Below are positions 25,801-37,800 of a stretch of 58,286 bases of DNA, in pieces. The notes under the pieces are model-generated. The model searched no databases and was not told where the DNA came from. It saw only the letters and a program-made list of their open reading frames with translations. A program made the position numbers and the translations under genes. Position 1 is the first letter of the stretch, and each line of letters opens with the position of its first letter. Source of the DNA: Chrysochromulina tobinii (taxonomy: Eukaryota); assembly GCA_001275005.1 (NCBI GenBank), contig JWZX01003336.1, positions 1-58,286 on the forward strand. The letters are read 5' to 3'.

Positions 25801-28800
25801 CTCATCCTCGCATTTGGAGCGCGGGCCGAAGGCGGCCTCCCAAGGAAAGTGGCACCATGGCTGCTCAAAGGCGAAGGGATCGCGTCGGAAGGAATGGAGA
25901 GGCATTCGTGCACCATCAGCGACATCAGGGGCGATTTGTGGCACTCAGAGGCACTCAGAGGCCATCGGGGCCATTTCAGAGGCACTCAGAGGCCATCGGG
26001 GGGAATGGGGTGGCATTCAAGTGGCACTCAGAGGCCCTCTGACCTGCTCAGCGGGGAAGAGGTCCATGGGCACGTTGAGCTTCGCGGCCCGTTCTGTTAT
26101 GACGAGCCGCTCCTCGAGCAGCTCCTTCTCGAGGTCGCGGGTCTTCTGCGCGAGTCGACGCTCGAGAAGGATCACCTTTTGCTCCTGGGGCTCAAGCTGT
26201 TTGCGCCGCTCAAAGTGCTCGCACACGGTGTGCACCCAGCGCAGCAGCAGCCTCTCTGCGCGGGAGATGAGCATCTCGTTCGCCTTCTTGTCTTGCTGGC
26301 TCGACGAAACTCTGAGGTCCTCTTTTGGGCCGCGCTTGGCACTCGAAGGTGGAGATGGCACACCGAGCACGTCGCTGCTGTCGATCTCGTCCTCGTCGTC
26401 CTCGTCGTCCTCGTCGTCCTCATCCTCGGCGTCGTCCTCATCCTCGTCCTCGTCCTCGTCCTCATCCTCGTCCTCGTCTTCCATGTCCTCTTCAAAATCG
26501 AACAACTCCTCCTCCTCTTCTTCGTCCTCGTCCTCGTCCTCGTCCTCCTCCTCGTCCTCCTCCTCCTCCTCCTCCTCCTCCTCCTCCTCCTCAGCATACC
26601 TCGGCGCCCTCCGAGCACCTCCTCGGCGCTTCTGGAGTACCGGACGCATCACCTGGGCACGACGCTTGATGGAGAAGCCGTTGCTGCGCGTGAGCCCCCC
26701 GGTGCGCCCCCCCCCGGTGCGTCCTCCTCCCTTGCGTGCTCTGCGCGAGTTTCCAAATTTGGACGAGGCTCCATGGCGCCTCTCCTCCTCACTTTCATCT
26801 TCACTGCCCTCACTCACACCCCTGCCTCCCTTGGCACCACCCTCGTCGTCGTCGTCCTCCTCCTCCTCCTCCTCCTCTTCGTCGTCGTCGTCGTCCTCCT
26901 CGATCGTGGTGTCACCGCCATCGCTCCCGCTCTTGCCAGCGTCGCTCGTCTCGCGTGACGAGAGTGCCTCCTCCTCAACGAGCTTCTCGACGAGCTCCTT
27001 GACGCCCTCTAAGCGCAATGCTGTCCGCACTTTGCGAACCTGTCGCGCGGCGCCCACATGCTGCCATCAGTGACACCCCTCCCTCGCAATCCCTGCAAGG
27101 CACTCAATAACACTCCGATGCAGTCCGAGGCACTCCGAGGATCAGAGGCAATTTGAGCCAAGGAGCGCACCTGCGCAGCCGTGACGCTCCCCAACTTCTC
27201 GCCCACAAACCCCTTGAGCAACCCTGGAGAGCGAAGGTACTCGAGCGCCAGCCGCGCGCTCGGCTGGCATGTGATCATCTCGACCGCGACCGACTCGTGT
27301 CCGTGGGAGCGCTTGAGAGCGAAGACGGCCTGCTCGCGCCGTACCTGATGAGGGAGGCGCTCAAGCCGCGATCAGTCGCAATCAGTCGCAATCAGCCGCA
27401 ATTCGGGCATTCATTCACAGGCGATCACGGCCTGCTCGCGCCGTACCGACGCGCCCGCCTCCCGCGCTGCCTTCATCACGGACTTGATGAGGGTCGGCGA
27501 GATCCCATCTGGCGGCTCGTCGCGGTCGAGGACCTCATCAAGCTCCTTCTGTGCCACTTGGAGCTCCTTCTTGAGAGCATCGTACTGCTTCTTCTTGGCC
27601 GTCAGCTCCGTAGAGAGCTCGTGATAGCCCGCCGCGGCGACGATCCACTCACACAGGTACGCGCACAGCTGCGAGCCCGCCCGGAAGCGATGCCCCTTGG
27701 CGTTCTGCGCGAGGTGGTCGGCGAGCCCTTTGACCTTTGACCAATCCTCCGGCTTGGTGCGCCCCTCGTTAATCTCCAGCTCGAGGCCGCGCACAGCCGC
27801 GTAGAACTTGTCCCATACCTGATGAGGGAGGCACTCGAGCCGCAATCAGCCGCAATCAGCCGCAATCAGCCGCAATCAGCCGCAATCAGCCGCAATCAAC
27901 CGCAATCAGCATGCAATGAGGGAGGCACTCAAGCCGCAATTAGGGCATTCATCAAGGCGATCACGGCGTCCCATACCTCGCGCTTCATCGGGTTCATCCA
28001 GCTCGCCGCAGCCTTGAACACGTCGCTCTCCTTGGCGAGAGCGTCCGAGTTGAGCATGAGCAGCAGGGCGGTGAGAGCTGCCTTAAAGAGGTCGTCGCCC
28101 ATGTTGCCGGAGAGCGCCGTGTTGAACGTATACCGGTCGTTCAGGTAGCTCACCTTCGTGCGCATATCGTCGCGCTTGGCGGAGGCGGCTGCTGAGGAAG
28201 CTTCGAGATCTTTATGGAGGATGAGCAGGAACTGCTTGAGTCGATAGACCTTCTGCTGTTGCCCTTGAGCTGCTGCTCCTGCTGCTCCTCCGCATTCGCC
28301 TGAGGAGGGAGGCCATCAGAGGTCATCAGCGGTCATCAGCGGACATCAGAGGTCATCAGAGGTCATCAGAGGTCATCAGAGGTCACCAGAGGTCCATCAG
28401 AGGTCATCAGAGGTCCATCAGAGGTCATCAGAGGTCATCAGCTCCTCCTCCTCGGCACTCGCCTTCTGCGCCGCCTCATCCACCTCTTTCGCCGCCTCCG
28501 CCACCTTCTTCGCCGCCTCCGCCGCCTCCGCCGCCTTCTTCGCCGTCGCCTCCTCCCTCGCCGCCTCCGCCGCCTTGTCCGCAGCTGCCTTCACCTTCTT
28601 GCCCTTCGCCGCAGCCTTCCCCGCCGCCGTCGCCGCTGCCCTCGCCGCCGCCGCCTTCGCCGCCGCCTCATCCGCCGCCCTCTTCGCGGCATCTGCCGCC
28701 GCCGCCGCCGTCTCCGCCTCCTTCTGCACCTCCAGCGAGGGGTACTTGGCGGCCATCTGCAGCACGCCCCGCAAGTCCTCCTCGATTGCATGCAGCCCGC

Positions 28801-31800
28801 ACAGGTCGCACAAGCACTCACACGCGGTTTGCATCGCCACGGTGCACGCATGCTGTTCCACTCTCATACGCGCCTCCTCACGCGCCAGGTCGTGCTGCAG
28901 CACCGCCGCTGCCCACTGGCGCAGCGCCGCTGCCACAGGCTCCAGCTCGGGCGGCGGCGCCGGCTGCTCGAGATAGCGCCGCAGCCGGCTCGGCGCCGTC
29001 TTGGGCACCGCGTCCAAATCGAGCGAGAGCATGCGGCGAATCAGCGCACTGGAGGATCCTAATTTGGATCCTAACTTGGATCCGAATTCGGCTTCAGATT
29101 TGGACGCGCTCGACAAGGCGCCATCTTGGGCGCGTGACGAGACGCGCATCAGGCGGTTCTGTACGGACGCAAAGTCGGGCTTCGTGTCGAGGAGCACGGC
29201 CACGGCCTCGACAGCCGCTCGCAACGGGTCGGACGGAGTGTCGGTGGTGCGCATCTCCTCGAGCGCCGTCTCGGGCAGCTGGCCAAGCGCCGTCTTGGCG
29301 GTCTCGAGCTCAGTGAGCGCCTGCTGCAGCGCCGCCTCGGTCGCACGCGCCGGCTGCGGCTCCATGATGAAGTCCTCGATCTCGGCGATCTCGGACGGGC
29401 GGAGCTTGGCGAGCTTGGCGGAGATATGGCCCAACTGCTTCTCGAGCGGACGGAGCGCGTGCATCAGCTCGTGGAGCTTCCCACGCTCTTTGTGCGCCTG
29501 TTCACGCTCCTCCCCGAACTCCTTCTCCTTCTTCGCCTTGGCTTTGAGAGAGCTCGAGCAGGCGTATGCGATCTCGAACAAATCTCGCGCCTCGCGCGTG
29601 ATCGTGTGCCCCTCGGGCGAGATGAGCACCACCTGATGAGGTACGCAATCAGTCGCAATCAGCACCAATCAGCTCGCCTTGCGCGTGATCTTGTGCCCTC
29701 AGGCGAGACGAGCAAACAGACGAGCAATCAGACGAGCAAACAGACGAGCGATCAGACGAGCACCTGTGTCGAGCTCGCGTCGAGCTCAAATAGTTGACGA
29801 AGCCGCGCGCGCCTCTGCGTGTGTGTGAACGGGATGGCTAGCCACGGCATCTCTCGGAAGCAGGCGGTGAACTCCTCGCTTGAGCTCGCGGACGAGATCG
29901 CGATCACCTGATGAGAGAGGCGATCAGTCGCTATCAGTGGCACTCATCGGCCATCTTTGGGACGTTCAGCCGACGAGATTGCGATCACCTCAAAGTCGCG
30001 GTCGGCACGGCCCTCGTGCACCTCCCGCAGTGCACGCAACACGTCCCCCGACTGGTCCCCCGAGTGGCAAAAGTAGAGCCCCAGCGCCTTCCCGTCCAGC
30101 TTGGCACGGCCCACCGCCCCTTCTCGATTCGAGAGGAAGGCCTCGCCCAACGCCTGATGCACGTAGGACGCGGCCACCTCTTTTGGCACTCTGAAGAGCG
30201 TGTGGCCCGCGAGGAGCTGCTCGTGAGCGCGCTGCCGCCAGATGTTGCACAGGTTCTGATGGCAAAGCTGGTCAAACTGAACCCGCTCGCTCTTCATGGC
30301 ATTGATCACGAGCCATGCTGCCACGTCGCGCAGCATGCGTTGCAGCTGCGCGCGCGTCGTCGTGGCCGCAGGGCGCGCCGTCATGGGCAGCGCCGCGGGC
30401 GGTAGGGTTTCGTCACGATTGAGCGCCGTCATGGGCAGCGCCGCGGGCGGCAGGGTTTCGTCACGCTTGAGCGCTGCCACGAGCACATTCGTCTCCGAGT
30501 CGATGTGGCCAGCCTTGGCGAGCTGACGACCCATCAGCTCGAGCACCTGGCCATCAGAGGTCATCAGAGGCGCAAACAGAGGAGTGAGGAGCAAACAGAC
30601 AGGCAAAAAAGGGGCCGTCAGAGGTCATCAGAGAGGCCAGCAGCGGATGAACACCTCGGGGATGATGAGGAGCGTAATTTGTTGGCCGTCAGAGATCCCA
30701 CGCATCCGAAAGGCGCCTTGTGCGAGGTCACGGAAGACCTGCCAAATAAAGGATATCATTAGGGGATATCGTTAGGGAGGTCATTAGCATCCAGAGAGCT
30801 TAATATTAGGGAAGGTCATTCGGGGAGGTCATTCGGTACTCACCATATCCTTGCCAAGCGTGAGGGCGGCTCTGGCCGAGAGGCAGTGCTTGATGTCCAT
30901 GCCGGTCGTGTGGATCTGGTCGTAGAAGGCGAAGCGCTGCTCGACGGCGATGCCGCACTGCGAGAGCTTGAGCACGCGCCCAGTCGCCCGGACCAGAATC
31001 ATCTTCTCATCATTCTCGTCGAGAAAAACGACACCCTCGCACCTAAATAGGGATGCACTTGCACGCCATCAGAAGCCATCAGAGGCAATCAAGGACAATT
31101 CGGGGCCTTCGCACCAGCGGCCTAATCCATTGGCGAGCAGATAGCGCGAGGCCATCACAGGCAATCAAGGACAATTGGGGGCCTTCGCACCAACGGCCTA
31201 ATCCATTGGCGAGCAGATAGCGCGAGGCCATCACAGGCAATCAAGGACAAATGGGGGCCTTCGCACCAACGGCCTAACCCATTGGCGAGCAGATAGCGCG
31301 CAACGGCTCGATTGGAGAGACCAGTGATGAGCGCCCCCGTGTCGATGAGCGCATGCAATCGGGGCTCGGCCGAAGCCACGTGGCGCAGCAGTGACGAGAC
31401 CGTCCAGCCCACGCGCGCAATCTCGACGCTCACCACGTCGGGGTCGGTGAGCACGTGGAGCATCTTACCATCGGAGCCCTTTTCGTACCCGCACCGGCCC
31501 AGGTCGAGCGGCAGCAGGTCCGAGGGCGTGCCGCTGAACCCGATGCGCTGGCCAAAGAGCATCTCGCCACCGAGGTCCTGGCCCGAAGCGGAGAGCTTGA
31601 GCAGCTGGTGCTGCATGAAGGACGGGAAGACGACCTGCTCGAGCAGCCAGTGCAGGCACGCGGGCAGCTTGCGCAGCAGCTCGTACAGCTTATTCATCTG
31701 CTCGTCGTTCGACTGCTTTAGGAGCCAGAGAGGCACGACCACACGCTCGTCCAAATTAGGATCGTCGTCCATCTCGACGACGGGCGCCGTGTCGGCGTCG

Positions 31801-34800
31801 GTCGCGCCCGCCCCGGCGCTCGCCACGGCGCCCGCCGCCGTGCCGACACCGCGCTGTGCTGAGCGCCCCTTGATCAGCCCACCCGCTTGACGAACCCACG
31901 ACTCGTACAGCAGCGAGCTCTTTCGTAACGGAAACGGACCCACTTCCTTTTCAAAGTCGGCGCGCAGCAGTGCGATCACGTCCTGCTCGAAGTCCACCTT
32001 GCGCAGCCCCTCGTACCGGTAGGCGAGCACCGTGAGACCTATGATGATGTCCGGGTGCGCAAACTCGGAAGCGCGGCTTGGTACGTCCTTCCCGACGAAG
32101 GGGATCGCGAGCTTAAATCTCGATCTCGGCATGTGAGGTTCGGTCTTTAGCAGCCGCTCGTACTCATGCGTCGAGAGCAGCCCGAAGCTCACCCGATCAA
32201 TCTTTTGCAGCGTGTGCGGCAGAAAGGTGCGCAGCCACTCGGTTGCCAAATTTAGCATCTTGAACGCCTTCGGGTCGAGTCGCGCCTCCATGTACGCCAG
32301 CAGCCGCTCGAAGGCGCGCGCGCTGGACGCTGATTGCCTTTGATGGTCGGCTGATTGCCCCTGATGAGGGCCGGCCGCTGCTCGGGCCGCCTCCCTCTTG
32401 GCGGCCGCCTCAAGCACCCAAGGCTCCCATTCGGTGTCTGCGAGCACATCGCCCTTGCCCGTAACGTACGCCTCGATCTGCTCGATCGCCAGCCCGGCGA
32501 CGTGGTTCGCCTCGAGCCAGAGCATCATCCACTGAGCCATCACGGGGCGCATGCATTCATGGTACCACTCGACGTTGAGCAGCACCAAATGGGGCGATCG
32601 CTGCAGCGCGCGCTTCGCGTAGCCACTCTCGATCACGCTCTGCAGCTGCTCCAAGATACGGTGCGCGCGACCCGACTGGTGGAAGGGCACGGCCATCGAC
32701 TGGCGTTCGACAAAGAAGACGGCGTCGAGGCAGTGGATGGCGCAAGTCCAGCGCTCAGGGCTGAAGTCGAGAGGGTGCTTGGCGCCGATAGGAAAGTTGA
32801 GCTCCGCCTTCAGTGGGTGCAACAGCAGGTCGACTTCGTCCATGATCAGGCAACCCGACTTGAAGAGCTTGATAACCCGAGCGAGGGCTCGCACGTCGTG
32901 CTCAATGGAGCGGTCGACGAGCTGCCCGTTGGGCTCGACCATCATCTCCATCTTCTCGAGCAGCTTGAGCTGCAACGACTTGATCGTGGACGCGGTGCAG
33001 AGCACGACACCATTGTTGCGCATCGCGCTCTGCAGCTTCTCGACCGTGGACCAGCGGAGCGCGGACGAGCGCTCGAACGAAAGCGTGAACACGCGCTTGC
33101 GTACGATCGACGAGAAGGTGGCGCGCAGCGTCGCCTTCGATTGCTCAAGGAGCGCAGGTGGCATCGTCTGCACCACAAGCGTCCGACCGTCCCCCAACAT
33201 GAGCGCAAGCATCGGCCCAACCACAGTCGTCTTGCCACCCCCCATGAGCATTTGCTTGACGAGCGGCCGGCCACCGCGCACCGCGTCCACGAACTCGCGT
33301 ACGAGCGCCACCTGCGCCTCGCGCAGCACAAGGTTGTGCGTGAACTCGAAGAGCAGAAAGCGCGGGTCGTATGCACGGTCCGTGCCTACGTAATGCCTGC
33401 CAGTGACCAGCTGCTCGGCAAATGTCTGCGCCTTGAGCGTGATCGCCGAGGCGGCCTGCACGGGGGGCGCCAGGGGGGCGCCAGGGGGGCGCCAGGGGGG
33501 CGATGGGGAGGCCATCGGACACTCAGACAAAAAAAAGTAGCACTCAGGCGCACACAATCGCATCAGGCGCTCTCAGGGAGGCCACCAAGTGCAATCACGC
33601 ACCTCTCGGAGCGCCGTCTCGGTCGTCCCGAAAGAGGGACCCGGCAGCGGCGGCCGAAGAAGACGGAGCAATCCATGCGCCTCCGAAAGGCATCGGTTGA
33701 TCTGCCCGACGCGTGAGGCATGCAAGATGGACGCGACGACGAGATCGAAGAGCTGCTCGACCTCTTCCGTTACCAGGAATGGTTAGCCATCCGTACATCC
33801 TCGGCCGAGCGCGCCGAGATGAGCAGGCAGAAGAGGAAGTCGAGCGCCGCCGTGGGCTCCTGCTCGGCCACTTGACGAAGCACGAAGAGCTCGCGCTCGC
33901 GCCGCTCGTGCGGCTGAAGCGACTTGAGATCTACCTCCACGAAGTTTGCGCGCTTCATGAGCTGTGGCAGCGCCTCGCGTACATAGGCCGCGTCGCGGTC
34001 TCGCTGCCTGATGAGGTCCGCCATCAGCGCGCCCAGAGCTTCCTCGGCCGCCTTGCACTTGGCCACATCGGCCAACAGAAGACCACCAGCGCCACCGCTA
34101 CCGCCGCCGCCGCCACCGCCGGTGCGCACGAGCTCATCCGCATCCATCACGAAGAGGCAGCGAGGCGCCGTGGCAATGGCGAGCTGACGGGCGTGCTCCT
34201 CAGCATCCATCTTGAGACGCTCTTGCATGTCGCGTGCCACCTTGGAGCGGGCGTCAGGGTGCGCCGACACATCGAAGCCGATCGCGGCGCCGTGCTGAGC
34301 ACTTGCATGCACGTCGATCGCGGCCCCAGAGTGGAGCTCCGACGTGTCTTCCTGCTGGCGCGCTACGAGGCGTGTGCTCGCATCGCGAAGGGCTGCGCTG
34401 ACTGCGAGTGGCACTCGCGCGACGACACGCGACAAGTCGAGCACATCGAGCGGAACGGTGCAGAAGCTCTGGAGCTGCGAGGCGGTGACGCCTGGCCCAA
34501 ATTCTTGGCGGGTGAACGGGCAGGTGGGCGGTTTCTCCTCGCGGCGCGCAGCGTCAAGGAGCTGCTCAAAGGCTTCGACGGCGATCAGGTGACCTCCCGG
34601 CAAGCGACGAACCTTTTCACCCTCCTCAAAATCCGTGAGTGAGATCGGGCACGAGGTATTGTACGCAGCGCAGGAGGAGCTGAAGGTCAGTTCGGGGCAC
34701 GACTCGACGGGTCGCATGGTGCGTGAGGCGCACGAGTGGTCACTCGTCGTCATTCCGCCGACCGGCACACCCATATCGGCACCGGCACCACCGCCAGGAC

Positions 34801-37800
34801 CGCCGCCAGCGCCGCTGCCATCACCGCCGCCAGCACCGCTGCCAGCACGGCCATTCGCGTCGCTGCCGACCGACGAGCGGCGGCCGTTGCCACGACCTGT
34901 GGGGAAAATGTACGTCGTCGGTGCGTCCAACCACGTGGCGGACGGCGGTGTCATCAATTCGAGCGATCTCCAGTCGGCGAGCTCGATCAGCTCCTCCGCG
35001 CACTGGCGCTCCGTCTCGACTGCAAGCTCCTCCATTCGTGCATACGACGCCTGCCCCCAGCCGCCGTCGCCCCAGCCGCCAGTATGGCCCCAGCCTCCGC
35101 GGCTCGCGTCGCCCCAGCCGCCGCCCCCCAAGCCTCCCCACATGCGCTCCTTCGTCAGTGCATCCACGCGCCGCTGGAGCATCGCCCGGGTCACCTGTGG
35201 GGTGATGGCGCCGTGGTGAGCACTGGCATGCAAGGCGCTCCCTTTGACATTCGATGGCACTTCGAGGCACTCAGGAAGCACCCAGGAAGCACTCAGGAGG
35301 GCACTCAGTAGTCACCTCCTCATGCCGACGCGCCGGCACGCTGATCATACAGCCCTGGTGGCGATCCCAGATGAGCTGTGACGAACCCAGATCCTGTAGC
35401 TCGCGCAGCGCCGTGCTGATCAGCTTGCCCAGCGGCGCCTCGGCCTCGTCAGGCAGCGGCAGGCCCGTGAAGACGTCGCGACGCTTGTACTTTCGCGTGT
35501 CGACGAATTCAGCCATGAACGGTCCGAGGAGGGGCTTGCGCGCGAGCGTGAGCAGCAGTGAGCCCAGCAGCGACGGCTCCTTGAGCTCGTTGGAAAAGAA
35601 GGGGAGCAGCAGCGTGGCGAAGGACTGCGGGCGAGTCGCTCGCATGCATGCACTCAGCAGGTACAATTGGTGGTACTCGGCTTCGCATGCAAAACAATCA
35701 GCAGGTCAATTGGTGGTACTCCGTGGCCATCAGTATGGTGGTGCACACCTGCGAGCAGTTGGATGAGTGCAAGCGGCACTGCGTCGCGCCCTGGAGCATG
35801 TTGTACAGCAAAAGGAAGCCTCCGGACGCGATGGACATGCCCGAGGGCAGCGCACCCTTGGCGTTGAGGGTCGTGAGCAGCGCGAGCATCCCATCAAGCT
35901 CGATACGGCGCGTGTGCACGTACTTTTGGGCGACTTCGGCGATGAGCGCCTCGAGCTGCGCGCTCGTGTGGTGGACCACCTGCGAGCTCGATGCGGAGAT
36001 CCACGGATGAGGGAGGCCATCAAAGACGTTTAAAGGCCATCAAAGGCCATCAAAGGCCATCAAAGACCACCTGCGAGCTCCAGGCGTAGATCCAACGGTT
36101 CTCCTCTGGGCGTGGCGGTAGCTCGACCGCGCACGAGAGGGAGCCCGCCTGCCGCGCACGGAGCGCCGAGCGCCGGTTCTTGCAGAGCAGCACCGAATGG
36201 ACCGAATGGAGTGCCTGCGAAGAGGAGCGGGCGCCGTGGTGAGCACTAACGCCGTGGTGAGCACTAACGCCGGGTGAGCACTGGCATGCATCGGTCGGCC
36301 TTCCGTACGCCTCCGAGCACTCTGTCTCTGTGTCTCTCTGGCGCGCGCGCGCGGCGCGCTCTCTGGCGCGCGTTCAGCCCCAACAGGGTCTGCCTTTGGC
36401 CGAGAGCGCGAGATGAGCAGTGGGGAGCGCACACCTCATCGAATCGACGGTCGGACGGATCGCACACGCAGCGGGAGAGCAGCGTGAGCTCTTCGTCGAC
36501 GGAGAGACGGCAGTTTGCGCTCACGTGTTGCAGCTTGCGCACGTAAGACGCCATCTCGACGGACAGGTCCCAGCCGGGCGAGACGGGCGAGTCGAGCATC
36601 ACCTGATGAGGGAGGCAATCAGGCACGCAATCAGGGAGGCTATCAGAGGCGCCATCAGGCGAGACGGGAGAACTTCGGGTGAGACCTCACCAACGAGATC
36701 TTGAGCCGGCATGCATGCGCATCTGGGTGGCCGTCGGCCGAATTCTTCGGGCTCGTCATGAACTGGAGCGAGGCGTTCTCCTCGAGTGTCAGGTTTGTGT
36801 CCGAGCTCACCTGCCAAATTTGGGGGAAGTACTCAGCCGCAATCAGACACTCATTGAGCGTCAGGTTTGTGTCCGAGCTCACCTGCCAAATTAGGGGGAA
36901 GTATTCAGTCGCAATCAGACACTCATTGAGCGTCAGGTTTGTGTCCGAGCTCTCCTGGTGAGGAGGCCATCAAGGGCAATCATGACCATCAGAGGCGTTC
37001 TCCTCAAGCGCCATATAAATCTGACCGAGCTCACCGTGTTTACGAGCTGCAGATGAGGCAGGCAATCAGAGGCCATCAGAGGTCATCAGAGCTCACCGTG
37101 TCCACGAGCTGCACCACGGAGCGATAATTCCTATTCAGGTACCGGAGCAGCAGCAGATAGAGAGCCGAGGCGAGCGTGGTCGAGTACCTGATGAGGAAGG
37201 CAATCAGGCGCCATCAGAGGTCACCAGAGGTCATCAGAGGTCATCAGTGGTCATCAGTGGCAAGCAACGTACAGAAAAGAGAGCGACACGTGCACTGGGT
37301 AGATGTAGAACGGGTTCTCGAGGTTGCTCAGCCATCGCTTATCCGAGCGCTCGAGCACGAGTTCCGTCGCGAAGGGCACGCTCGCGATCGAGGGGCGGAC
37401 GGGCGGCAAGGAGGGCACGAGGACGGACATCTCGCCTGAGGAGGCAGAAAATCAGGCATACTCAGGCGTACTCAGGACATACTCGGGCGCAATCACACGT
37501 CATTAGGAGGTCATCAGGTGATTACCGTTCGAGTTGGAGAGGAGCAATGAGTGCGGGATGCCCGCGAGCAGCTCGGTCGTCATCGAGTTGCGCTCGTTGG
37601 TGATGAACAGGTCGGCATGGTCGACCGAGTAGAGCCGCACCTGATGAGGGAGGCAATCAGGCACACTCAGGCACACTCTCAGGCGCCATCGGCCGCAATC
37701 ACAGGATCGGCATGGTCGACGGAGGAGAGCCGCGCTGATCCCTTACCTCCCGCGCAATCACCCGTCATCAGGAGTTCATCAGGAGGTCATCAGGAGGAGA

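Noticed and set aside
28900..29450. Dynein heavy chain gene
   Set aside because: Only stalk-like helices; no AAA motifs nearby, and the segment sits within the giant gene's reading path.
30368..30475. 48-nt tandem duplication as another intron
   Set aside because: In frame, no cassette or decamer body; an ordinary coding duplication (RDETLPPAALPMTA x2).
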